From NCBI GenBank assembly GCA_964016885.1, contig OZ024740.1, positions 406,782,001 through 406,846,000 of the forward strand: a stretch of DNA of 64,000 nucleotides, written 5' to 3'. Below are positions 26,274 through 38,235 of this stretch, one piece after another. Numbering within the stretch: position 1 is the stretch's first letter; each line of letters opens with the position of its first letter. Below the pieces are notes generated by a model. The model did no database searches. It worked only from the letters and a program-made list of their open reading frames with translations, and was not told the DNA's origin. The position numbers and the translations under genes are program-made. The DNA comes from Eledone cirrhosa (taxonomy: Eukaryota).

Positions 26274-26300
26274 TATATATATATATATATATATATATAT

Positions 26301-26345
<45 letters not shown>

Positions 26346-26364
26346 TATATATATATATATATAT

Positions 26365-26430
<66 letters not shown>

Positions 26431-26434
<4 letters not shown>

Positions 26435-26917
26435 TCATCATCATCATCATCATCATCACCGTTTTACGTCCGTTCTTCCACGCTAGCATGGGTTAGACGG
26501 GTTGTCCTGTTGTGGGCAGTGTCTGGTCGGCTGACCATGCCTTGCTCATACAGGAACTGATCTGGCTTGATTTCTACAGCTGGATGCCCTTCCTAACACC
26601 AACCTCATTTACAGTGAGTGCTGGGTGCTTTTTCGTGGCGCCTACACGTCCACTTTACAGTGTGGGCTGGGTGCTTTTTTGCCGTGGCACCTCCACGACC
26701 ACCTTGCGGTGGGGGGGGGGGGGCATATTGTTTATATGCTTCAGCATGTACCCATGGGAGGTCGGGTACCCTGTATTACTGCGTGACGCCAGAAGTCACG
26801 GTCGTGTGTCATTGACTTTGAGAGGTGTAGTTGGGTAAGGTCGGCTTTTATCACCTCATCCCAAGTCATCTTGGGTCTCCCCACTCCGCGGTTTCCATCA
26901 ACTTCTAGTGCTCTGCA
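26431..26917 (-). mobile_element. RTE LINE 3' end (third subfamily)
   Basis: Matches 1-157; has a 3'UTR and (gat)n tail. Confidence 0.9.
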
Positions 26918-26920
26918 TAT

Positions 26921-26997
<77 letters not shown>

Positions 26998-27125
26998 TAT
27001 ATATGTTTATATATATGTTTATATGTTTATATATATATATATATGTTTATATATATATATATATATGTTTATATATATATATGTTTATATATATATATGT
27101 TTATATATATATATATATATATGTT

Positions 27126-27158
<33 letters not shown>

Positions 27159-27412
27159 ATGTTTATATATATATATATATGTTTATATATATATATATGT
27201 TTATATATATATATGTTTATATATATATATGTTTATATATATATATATATATGTTTATATATATATGTTTATATATATGTTTATATATATATATATGTTT
27301 ATATATATATATATATATATATGTTTATATATATATATATGTTTATATATATATATATATATATATATGTTTATATATATATATATATATATGTTTATAT
27401 ATATATATATAT

Positions 27413-27451
<39 letters not shown>

Positions 27452-27551
27452 TATATATATATATATATGTTTATATATATGTATATATATATATATATAT
27501 ATATGTTTATATATATATATATGTTTATATATATATATATATGTTTATATA
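26917..27551. repeat. Long TGTTT-interrupted (TA)n tract
   Basis: Direct reading. Confidence 0.95.
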
Positions 27552-28105
27552 TGCAGGGCAATAAAGATAGATGGTAGTCACGGAATAGGCAGACCTAGAA
27601 AAACCTGGGACGAGCTGATAAACTCCGACATCACACACTTACACCTCTCCAAGACAATGTCACTGGACCGAGACCTTTGGCGGGTACTCAGTAACAGAGA
27701 AGACCCGCCTTACCTAAATATATAGTAAAACCTACTCCAGCCAGTAGGCATCTCTAACAAAATACACCCCGTACCACCACCACCACCCCATCCACGCCAC
27801 CCCGTTCTATGTAAAGTTATGTTGGTGCCGCGCCATCCAGGCCGAAACAAATGAGATCGTGTAGGTGTCATGACAAAAAAAACACACAGTCCACGCTGTA
27901 ATGTGGCCGTGTAGGCAAAACGGTAAAAACCTCCCAGCCCCACACTGTAAATGTGGTTGGTGTTAGGAAGGGCATCCAACTGTAGAAAACCTGCCAGACA
28001 GTCCTATGCGAGCAAGACAATCACTCTTGCCTCAAGTGGGACTACCCCCGTCCAAACCCATGCAAGCGTGGAACACGGACGTTAAACGTTGATGATGATG
28101 ATGAT
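27551..28105 (+). mobile_element. RTE LINE 3' end
   Basis: [19 protein letters not shown]..., then 3'UTR and tail. Confidence 0.9.
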
Positions 28106-28459
28106 ATATATATATATATATGTTTATATATATATATATATAAACATATATATATATATATATATTGTTATACTTTGGGAGGATAATTGATCAAAAGAAC
28201 ATCTATTTTATTAATATTTATATTTTAATATATATATATATATATTTCGTTTCTGAATTTGTTTAGCAAGATTCTTTATGTGAAAACGTGTGTTGAAACC
28301 GATATTGTTATGCTTTGGGAGGGTCATGTTGCCAATAAGAAACACACGCACCAGTTGCTTTCACTTCAATTTATTATAATAAATTTATAAATTTAGGAAT
28401 AAATCTATAAATTTCTGGTTGGTTGGTTGGTTCCACAACCAGATAGTTGTTTATATATT

Positions 28460-28502
28460 GTCAAAGTTCTTTCGTCACACATTCCGTGATCTCTTCAGTG
28501 AC
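28460..28502 (-). ncRNA. Hammerhead ribozyme motif in 3' pLTR
   Basis: GTCA-CTGAAGA-G-ATCACG-gaatg-TGTGAC-GAAA-GAAC-TT-TGAC. Confidence 0.65.
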
Positions 28503-31500
28503 TGGGGATTCTTTTCTTTGTTTTTGTGCCTCTCCTTTGTTCTGTCCTACGCCATTTTGTTTCTGTGTGTGTGTTGTGTGCTTAGTCTGCGCATGCGCCA
28601 CATCCGGGTGTCTGTGTATGTTTATGTTCATTTATTTATTTGTTTATTTACATGTTACTGGTTGGTTGTTTGTTCTGTGTGTGTGTGTTTTCATTTTGTC
28701 CTTAATTGTAAGTTGTGATGTTGCTGTTCCACTCATATTTTCTATTTAATTTTGGTTGTAATTCTTTTGTTTATTGCCTCTGTGATTTGTCTAAACATTG
28801 CGTCTTTTCTGTGTGTAGATTCTATTTTTATTTCTATGTTCTCTAATTTACACTTGTGTTCTATTTTAGCATGTTGGTAGAGTACAGATGATTCTTTACT
28901 ATCTTGAAGGTCTCGCCAGTGTTCATTTATCCGTTCCCCTACACTACGAGCTGTCTCACCTATGTACACTATATTTTTGTCTCTACATTGTCCTTCAGTA
29001 CATCTTATGCTATACACTACATTTTTAGTTTTACAGTTAATATGGGGGCTTATTTTACAGGTTATACATTTCTTATCTATACATGGGGGTCTTTGAAAAG
29101 GGTATGTCTTGCTAATGTGTTTTTACGGAGGTACCTGGTCTTTCTACTATCTTAATATTGAGTTTATGTTTATCTAGGGCCCTTCTAAATTGTATCAATG
29201 AACATTACACTCTGGTATTTATTGCTATCATACCATGAGTTTATTCTATTAGCCTTATTCCTAGTTCTTTCTATTCTATTCCAAAATTTGCTCCTATACA
29301 AGGAGCAGGTCCCATTTATGTCTATATTTACCATTTTTTCCCATTTGGTTCTGGCTCCTCTATACACTCTGATTTTGTCTCTCTGGTTGTAACCAGAGAA
29401 CTGCATACGGTGGATGAAGTGTTGTATGTGTCTCTCTAGTTCTTCGGGGTTGCACATGCGGGACACGTTTCTCATCACCCGTACCAAATCCGCAATCAGT
29501 ATGTTGATTTTGGTATGGTCCGAAACAGCCGAGTTTCAGTGGATCAGATGTTTGGAAGTCATGGGTTTGGCATAATGGGAATGGAGGATTTGTTTTTTGG
29601 TATTAATGGTATCTAACCAGAGCTCTGTGTCTAGTACAGGTAATCGATGGTTAGGGTGTTTACTTGGGTAGTCTATAGTAACTCTAATACTCTGGTGGAT
29701 GGAGTTAGCTATTTGCTGGATGCTTTCCATTGTGTTTTTCTCTAGTTCCTGACTGTTCTCTAGTGGGGGTGTCTTAACTACGATGTTTATATCATCAACG
29801 TAGCGGGAGTACATTATCAGGGTTAAGGGGTCTTCTAATTGTTCTTTAAGTTTAAGTCTACTGTCCCACCATACCATGAATAAGTTAGCTATGTCGCCTG
29901 CAATGCTAACACCAATGGCTGCTCCTTCCTCTTGGGCATATGTTTTTCCATTAAATTTGAACATATGTTCCTTAAGGGTTAGTTTTATGCTGGCCCCTAC
30001 GGCATGTGCAATCATGTTCTTCAGTTCATCGTGGTTTTCGGGTGTCCGTATGGCTCTGGTCCACCCGTTTCATCTATCTGTGTGGGTTTTCTTGGCCATT
30101 GAGGTAATGGTAGGTGGTCTGCCTCTTGCTGGTCTTGTAGGGCACAGGTTGCTAAGGTCATATGTGTCTAGGTAATTATTACTATAGGTAAGTTTAAGTA
30201 GGAGTCCCAGCTCACTGGTATCAATCCCACGGAACTCAACATTGCTCTCACTGATCATTTCTACGCATTTCTCCACGTCAATAGATGGATACAGGGACAC
30301 AACATCCATACTACCCATTATGCAGTTTGTTAGGTCCCTAGATCGGTTACCCTCGCCGATTCTGCTGAGGAGGTCCTCCGTGCTGTCACATACATCTGGG
30401 GACATTTCAATGATGGGGCGTATGATCAGGGAGAGGAAGTAGGACAGTCTGTAGTTACTAGCAATGTTAACTCCACAGACTGGCCGTGTTGGTGATCCCG
30501 TGACAGGGTCACTGCCCGTTTTATGGTCTTTTCGAAGCCCATACAACGCCGGCACGTCATTGTTCCAGGCCTGGAAGTTGTTGGCAGTCCTTTCGTTGGG
30601 CTGCATTATATTCGTCCACATCACCATATGGGCATTGAGGGCTTTTTCTCTATCCTCATGCTCCTGTGGTGTTACCTCTCTTGTGTTAGTGATGTGGGGT
30701 TGCATTGCCTGGATGTAGTTTGGCAGGCTGTCAACCGACATTCTGCCAGACTTGTCTGTTGGAAAGCATGCTATCTCTCCATTACGCGAGCGCTGCATGA
30801 GCTTACGCAAGCCATTTGCAGATTTTTCTCCCAGTTGCTGGGCCTCCATTCTATTATGCTTCTTGCTATACTGTTCTATAATATTTCTAAGTTCGGATCT
30901 AGCTATACTAAATTGTGCTTCTGTTTGTTCATCGACCTGCGACGGCAATTGCGTGCGTTTGTTAAATGGTAAAGTCGTGGCGTGGACTCGTCGCAGGTCG
31001 AACGACTTATCGGAGGGATTATAAAAAGTAGAGTTCCAGGCTGCTGCTTTATGTGTACTAGTGTTATTGTTATTGTTAGTTGTGTTATTTCTATTTCCAC
31101 CAACAGCCTCATGGTTGTTTCTATGTCTCTCATAATTACTCCCGTCTCTTTCCACTGGCTCATTGTTATTATCTACCCTATTGTGTGTGTCTGTGTGTTC
31201 ATCTTGGTTATTTTCTTTTTTTTTGTCCTTAGTCTCCCTTCTCCTTTTAATCCTATTACTTTCCCTTATTTCTGTGATTTCTGTGCTACTGTCATTACTT
31301 GTTTTCTGTGTCTGTGTGTTTGTTAAGATTGTGGTGGTGGTGAGAGGCGTTGAATGTGTGTTGTTGATGATGTGTGTTGTTGTTGATGTGTGTTGTTGTC
31401 TCCGTGTGTGTTATTGTTGTTTGTGTCTGCGTGTCTGTTGTTGTTTCTGAGTATGTTATTATTGTTGGTGTGTGTGTTGTTATTGTTGTTTGTGTCTGTT

Positions 31501-32425
31501 GTTGTTGGGATGTGTGTTGTATATGTGTGTGTGTATGTTGTTATTTTTGTTTTTGTTTATGAGGCTCCAACGTAATTTTGTAAATGATTTTTCTATTTCT
31601 GACAGACAACTAATCATATTTACCTTCTTGAATGTTGCAAATTTTGGTGGTAGAATTAATACAGATAATTCATCAGGGTCTATTACCGTGTTGCCGTATA
31701 TATTTGTGTTGTTGTTCTTGTTGAACTCATCTGTTAATGAGGTGTCGGCCATATTTATACCGTCAATTTTGTCGGGATATCTATTGGTATTCTCTACAGT
31801 ATCCTGATTTAGCTTTATCTGCTTAAGCCACTTTAGTTTTTTTGTTAAAGTGCTTATCACATTCTTGAGCAATGTACTGTTCTTCAGGACATATAAGGCT
31901 TATAAATATTAGTTTCTCTCTAGGTGTGGTGATCCTAGTTATTTCTTGTATTAGGTTACGCTTATGTTTTTCTTGATGACTTAATTCTCTATAGATCTTC
32001 TTTTTTATGTTTAGAATTAGTGTTCGTTTTAGCCTATCTGATTGCTTTTTGGTGAGTTGTAATCTTACGTCAGTGTTGATGGTGTTGGTGTAAACTCGGG
32101 ATGAGGCACATTCTTTTATGAAGTGTAGTTGTCGAGATGTTATGGTTTTTCGTAGACAACAGAACATGGTGGTTTTCAGTATCTTGTTAGCCTGGCTAAG
32201 GCTTACGATATTTCGTTTCTGAATTTGTTTAGCAAGATTCTTTATCTGAAATCGTGTGTTGAAACCGATATTGTTATACTTTGGGAGGGTCATGTTGCCA
32301 ATAAGAAACACACGCACCAGTTGCTTTCACTTCAATTTATTATAATAAATTTATAAATTTAGGAATAAATCTATAAATTTCTGGTTGGTTGGTTGGTTCC
32401 ACAACCAGATAGTTGTTTATATATT

Positions 32426-32468
32426 GTCAAAGTTCTTTCGTCACACATTCTGTGACCTCTTCAGTAAC
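32426..32468 (-). ncRNA. Hammerhead ribozyme motif in 5' pLTR
   Basis: GTTA-CTGAAGA-G-GTCACA-gaatg-TGTGAC-GAAA-GAAC-TT-TGAC; perfect 6-bp stem II. Confidence 0.72.
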
Positions 32469-32640
32469 TGGGGATTCTTTTCTTTGTTTTTGTGCCTCTC
32501 CTTTGTTCTGTCCTATGCCATTTTGTTTCTGTGTGTGTGTTGTGTGTCTAGTCTGCGCATGCGCCACATCCGGGTGTCTGTGTGTGTTTATGTTCATTTA
32601 TTTATTTGTTTATTTACATGTTACTGGTTGGTTGTTTGTT

Positions 32641-33739
32641 CAAAGTATGGGTGCATAAAAGATGTAGTGGGATCACAGGTAAGCTAACTAAGAACATATA
32701 TTTTACATGTGGCCGGTGCTCTGGTGCAATAAGTAGCAGCAAGTGCCCACAAAATACTAGCTCTTTCAATTGCGCAGAGGGTTCTATAGAAATAGTGGAC
32801 ACCTTCCGTTACCTGGGTGACAAAATCAGCAGTGGGGGAGGGTGCTCTGAAAGTACAGTAGCTAGAGTCAGAACTGGATGGAAAAAGTTCAGAGAGCTTA
32901 TACCACTATTAGCCGCTAAAGGGTTCTCCCTAAAAATGAAAGGCAGGTTGTACGATGCCTGCATACGAACAGCAATGTTACATGGCAGGAAGACCTGGGC
33001 ATTGTGTGCAGAGGATATACGCAGACTAGAGAGGAACGAAGCTTGCATGCTCCGCTGGATGTGTAATAGTAATATATGTGAACGGCAAAGCATTAACGAA
33101 CTAAGGGAAAAATTAGAAATAAGAGGGATCAGATGTTGTGTACTCGAGAGAAGGCTACGTTGGTATGGTCACGTGATGCGCATGAAAGACAACAGCTGTA
33201 TAAAAAAGTGCAGGGCAATAAAGATAGACGGTAGCCACGGAGTAGGCAGACTCAGAAAAACCTGGGACGACTCACACACTTACGCCTCTCCAAGACAATG
33301 TCACTGGACCGAGATCTTTGGCGATACTCAGTAATAGAGAAGACCCGCCTTACCTAAATACAAAGTAAAACCTACTACAGTCAGTAGGCACCTCTAACAA
33401 AATACACCTCTGTCCCACCACCCCCACCCCATCAACACGGCCCCTTTCAATGTAAAGTTATGTTGGTGCCACAACATCCAGGCCGAAACAAATGAGGTCG
33501 TGTAGGTGTCACGACAAAAAAAAAAAACACAGTCCACGCTGTAATGTGGCCGTGTAGGTAACACGGTAAAAACTCCCAGTCCCACACTGTAAATGTGGTT
33601 GGTGTTAGGAAGGCCATCCAGCTGTAGAAAACCCGCCAGACAGTCCTATGCGAGCAAGACAACCACTCTTGCCTCAAGTGGGAAAACTTCCGTCCAAACC
33701 CATGCAAGCGTGGAATGTGGACGTTAAACGATGATGATG
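32641..33739 (+). mobile_element. RTE LINE 3' portion fused directly to the Penelope 5' pLTR
   Basis: Junction gtttgttc|aaagtatgggtg; RTE C-terminal ORF, 3'UTR and tail. Confidence 0.93.
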
Positions 33740-33828
33740 TATATGTTTATATATATATGTTTATATATATATATATATGTTTATATATATATAAACATAT
33801 ATAAACATATATATATATATATATAAAC

Positions 33829-33860
<32 letters not shown>

Positions 33861-33881
33861 GTTTATATATATATATATAAA

Positions 33882-34459
33882 CATCTCTCCAAGACAATGT
33901 CACTGGACCGAGACCTTTGGCGGTACTCAGTAATAGAGAAGACCCGCCTTACCTAAATACAAAGTAAAATCCTACTACAGTCAGTAGGCACCTCTATCAA
34001 AACACACCCCCGTCCCACCACCTCCACCCCACCCACACCGCCCCTTTCAATGTAAAGTTATGTTGGTCCCACAACATCCAGGCCGAAACAAATGAGATCG
34101 TGTAGGTGTCACGACAAAAAACACACAGTCCACGCTGTAAATGTGGCCGTGTAGGCAACACGGTAAAAACCTCCCAGCCCCACACTGTAAATGTGGTTGG
34201 TGTTAGGAAGGGCATCCAGCTGTAGAAAACCCGCCAGACAGTCCACGCTGTAATGTGGCCGTGTAGGCAACACGGTAAAAACCTCCCAGCCCCACACTGT
34301 AAATGTGGTTGGTGTTAGGAAGGGCATCCAACTGTAGAAAACCCGCCAGACAGTCCTATGCGAGCAAGACAACCACTCTTGCCTCAAGTGGGAAAACCCC
34401 CGTCCAAACCCATGCAAGCGTGGAACACAGACGCTAAACCTGATGATGATGATGATGAT
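33882..34459 (+). mobile_element. RTE 3'UTR copy with an internal ~113-bp tandem duplication
   Basis: The cagtccacgctg...cccgccaga block occurs twice, joined at acagtcc microhomology. Confidence 0.88.
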
Positions 34460-34555
34460 GTTTATATATATATATAAACATATATATATATATGTTTATA
34501 TATATATATATATATGGGAGGGTGTTAAAGTTTGCTTGAAGCATTGTGAAATGTG

Positions 34556-34997
34556 TAAAATACGTAGTTAAGAAAGCCACAACAATGCAGAGGGGAATCT
34601 CGAGGTAGGAAGTGAATGATAGATAGGAGAAACAGGTGAAAGTGAAAATTGAGAGAGACAAAGATGAAAACAAAACAAAGGTAGAAGGGTTACCGTAGTG
34701 GAGATTTAATCCCAATATTTCGGGCTCACGCCCATCAACGAGGGAAAAGTTCCAAAAGGGGGGGAACAGGCCAAGCGGAGAAAGTTGTGATGTCCTTTTG
34801 GAACTTTTCCCCCGTTGAGGGGCGTGAGCCCAAAATATTGGGATTAAATCTCCACTACGGTAACCCTTCTACCTTTGTTTCGTTTTCATCTTTGTCTCTC
34901 TCAATTTTCACTTTCACCTGTTTCTCCTATCTATCATTCACTTCCTACCTCGAGATTCCCCTCTGCATTGTTGTGGCTTTCTTAACTACGTATTTTA
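34556..34997. repeat. Inverted repeat, 204-bp arms, 34-bp spacer, degenerate hammerhead in each arm
   Basis: Arms 34556-34759 / 34794-34997 with a few mismatches. Confidence 0.9.
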
Positions 34998-35009
34998 TAT
35001 ATATATATA

Positions 35010-35494
35010 TCATCATCATCATCATCATCATCAACGTTTAACGTCCGTGTTCCACGCTTGCATGGGTTTGGACGGGGGTAGTCCCACTTGAGGCAAGAGT
35101 GATTGTCTTGCTCGCATAGGACTGTCTGGCAGGTTTTCCACAGTTGGATGCCCTTCCTAACACCAACCACATTTACAGTGTGGGTCTGGGAGGTTTTTAC
35201 CGTGTTGCCTACACGGCCACATTACAGCGTGGACTGTGTGTTTTTTTGTCGTGACACCTACACGATCTCATTTGTTTCGGCCTCGATGGCGCGGCACCAA
35301 CATAACTTTACATAGAACGGGGTGGTGTGGATCGGGTGGGGGTGGTGGTGGTGGGACGGGGTGTATTTTGTTAGAGATGCCTACTGGCTGGAGTAGGTTT
35401 TACTATATATTTAGGTAAGGCGGGTCTTCTCTGTTACTGAGTACCGCCAAAGGTCTCGGTCCAGTGACATTGTCTTGGAGAGGTGTAAGTGTGT
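35010..35494 (-). mobile_element. RTE LINE 3' end
   Basis: 3'UTR and (gat)n tail on the minus strand. Confidence 0.9.
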
Positions 35495-35580
35495 AAGTAT
35501 ATATATATATATATATATATATGTTTATATATATATATATATAAACATATATATATATATATAAACATATATATATATAT

Positions 35581-35639
<59 letters not shown>

Positions 35640-35640
35640 A

Positions 35641-35718
35641 GGTCACCACTTGGTGCTACTGGTAACATGTATCCCAGTACAACCTGTCTCATGGTCGGGT
35701 CGTTGGCGACTAAACTGG
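35641..35718 (+). ncRNA. Candidate HDV-like ribozyme at the 5' end of an interspersed repeat
   Basis: P1 GGTCA/TGGTC, P2 CCAG/CTGG, loop CC pairing with GG after P1, P4 TCG-ttgg-CGA, J4/2 C-TAA. P3 is poorly paired. Confidence 0.4.
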
Positions 35719-35930
35719 CAACCCCACCAAGGTTTCTTGGTGAGGAGGGTGACTTTGGACATCCTGCAGGACTAAAAACAAAACCTGTCAAAGGGCAAAG
35801 GAGTTCTTAAGAGTCAATGGCCATCCAAAATCACTGGGAGAGACGACCCCTTAGCCTTTGTCAAGGCAGAATTCTAGGAGAAGGAAAACTCTGATATAAC
35901 ACCTGCAACCCTGATGGTATCCAATGATGT
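35641..35930 (+). mobile_element. Interspersed repeat, probable LINE 5'UTR or derived non-autonomous element
   Basis: 35678-35826 is homologous to the reverse complement of ~60786-60935. Confidence 0.6.
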
Positions 35931-36395
35931 TGACTTGTTCTTCTTTTTGGTAAATATCATCTTGGTTAAGAGAGTGCGACTGGCTTTGTGCAGTGCCTTT
36001 GCTCACTATAAAAGCTTCACGGCACAGGCATTGCTTTATATCTGGAGATCTCTCTGCACTTGTCGTCACATGGTACCATGGGCCCAGCACTATGTGTCAA
36101 TAATTGTCACAACTGTAGTGTTTGTACCAGAGTTTTCAAGTCGCTGGCTGGACTAAAAAGTCACACCCGTTCAGCGCATCGGTAGGGGTTCTCCTACATG
36201 GATATAAAGTAGTGGCCGTACTCGAAAACGAGTTGGCAGCCACCATATATATATATATATAAACATATATATATATGTTTATATATATATGTTTATATAT
36301 ATATATATATAAACATATACATATATATGTTTATATATATATATATAAACATATACATATATATGTTTATATATATATATATATATTTATATATA

Positions 36396-36782
36396 GCGGT
36401 GATGAATTAGTTTTGCGAGGTTTTTTATATGAAATCGTCTGTCGAAAGAAATATTGTTATACTTGGGGAGCGTCATATTTGTGTAATATTGCCAAAAATG
36501 GCGTAGACATACAACACAGCAGGAGGAAAATATAACACCCCTGACGATGTTGCAGATGTGCAACGAAAGATTTATGATAAACTATATATATGTGTTTGCG
36601 TCTTTATTGTATCTGTATTATTTTTGACCGTCGGTCAGTCAATGGCAACATTGAGGACCGAGTAAGTTAGATTACTGATATAAAAGACAGCGAGAAGCGA
36701 AAACCAACCAAACAGTGAGTGTGTTCTGTTATTAATTCTGGCAATATTACACAAATATGACCCTCCCCAAGTATAACAATAT
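36396..36782 (+). mobile_element. Solo pLTR of a second Penelope family, with inverted arm
   Basis: Inverted arm encodes [27 protein letters not shown], versus [27 protein letters not shown] in family 1. Ends atgaccctccccaagtataacaat(AT)n. Confidence 0.8.
36541..36578 (+). ncRNA. Hammerhead core with degenerate stem I
   Basis: CTGACGA-T-GTTGCA-gatg-TGCAAC-GAAA-GATT-TA; same position as the family-1 pLTR motif. Confidence 0.55.
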
Positions 36783-36972
36783 ATATATATATATGTTTAT
36801 ATATATATATATATATATAAACATATATATGTTTATATATATATATATATATATATAAACATATATATATAAACATATATATGTTTATATAAACATATAT
36901 ATGTTTATATATATATATATATATATAAACATATATATATATATATGTTTATATATATAAACATATATATAT

Positions 36973-37015
<43 letters not shown>

Positions 37016-37139
37016 TATATATATATATATATATATGTTTATATATATGGGACGGGGGGGTGTTTTGATAGAGATGCCTACTGACTGTAGTAGGTTTTTA
37101 TATGTCTTTTATATATGTTTATATATATATATATATGTT

Positions 37140-37170
<31 letters not shown>

Positions 37171-37530
37171 GTTTATATATATATATATATGAGAGCCCTA
37201 TTTTCATGAAATAGTCTTTTAAGACTATACAGAGCATTTGATGTTATTCCAAATTGAAGGATAAGTGTTTCAAACTTTATTTTATCATGAGTTAAAGGTC
37301 TATAGATTTTTCCCTGGATTTCACTAAATTCTGTGGATGAATTTATATCCTGATTCTCTTTTGAGATGAGTTTGAGTTATTTTTCCTAAATCTTTCGTTA
37401 ACTACTTTTCCCATCTTGACGTTATAGTCGCATATATGTTATAGAATGCTGTTAGCTTCTTGCTAAAACAATCTCTATACCTCTCATTTATATTTATGTT
37501 TATATATATATATATATAAAAACATATATA

Positions 37531-37580
<50 letters not shown>

Positions 37581-37798
37581 CACTGTTTAACATCCATTTT
37601 TCCACGTTACCATTGGTTAGACAAATTGTCCCATAGATAACCATTTCTTGATCATACAGAACTGTCTACAGCTGGATGCCCTTCCTAACACCAACCACAT
37701 TTACAGTGTGGACTGGGTGCTTTTTATCATAGCACCTCAACGACCACTTTATAGTGTTGACTGAGCGCTTTTTGTCATGGTACTAGAATGATCACTTT

Positions 37799-37845
<47 letters not shown>

Positions 37846-37979
37846 TAGAAGAGATATTTAATTTGTTGGAAATTCAACAAATATAAATGTTTATAACTGA
37901 TTCAGAGCACTCGACAGTTTTCTGGAGTAAATATTCAATGATATTAAATAAATGGAAACTATATTTATAAAACCATATT

Positions 37980-38041
37980 TATTCTATTATATATATTTCA
38001 AGGGTACCAAAAACTTTGGTACGCTTTCATCAGATAAAATA
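37980..38041 (-). ncRNA. Hammerhead ribozyme motif (left arm of palindrome)
   Basis: Reverse complement of 38174-38235. Confidence 0.7.
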
Positions 38042-38173
38042 CAAAGTGTGTTTTATAAATTTTGACATAACCAAGGAAACATACCTTATCAGTTGAATTT
38101 TCCTTACCCAAGGAAAATTCAACTGATAAGGTATGTTTCCTTGGTTATGTCAAAATTTATAAAACACACTTTG

Positions 38174-38235
38174 TATTTTATCTGATGAAAGCGTACCAAA
38201 GTTTTTGGTACCCTTGAAATATATATAATAGAATA
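38174..38235 (+). ncRNA. Hammerhead ribozyme motif (right arm of palindrome)
   Basis: TATTTTAT-CTGATGA-AAGCGTACCAAA-gtt-TTTGGTACCCTT-GAAA-TATATA-TA-ATAGAATA: stem I 8 bp, stem II 12 bp (1 mismatch), palindromic stem III, AUA triplet. Confidence 0.7.

Larger units (their letters stand above)
28242..32641 (-). mobile_element. Penelope-like retroelement (RT + C-terminal GIY-YIG), near full length, frameshifted
   Basis: 434-bp direct repeats at 28242-28675 / 32208-32641. RT motifs GSMDVVSLYPSI, QEEGAAIG..IANLFM, YSRYVDD and LPVLD. GIY-YIG VVYSIRC...VYIGETARSVGERINEH preceded by a Cys-rich linker (Neptune-like). Confidence 0.93.
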
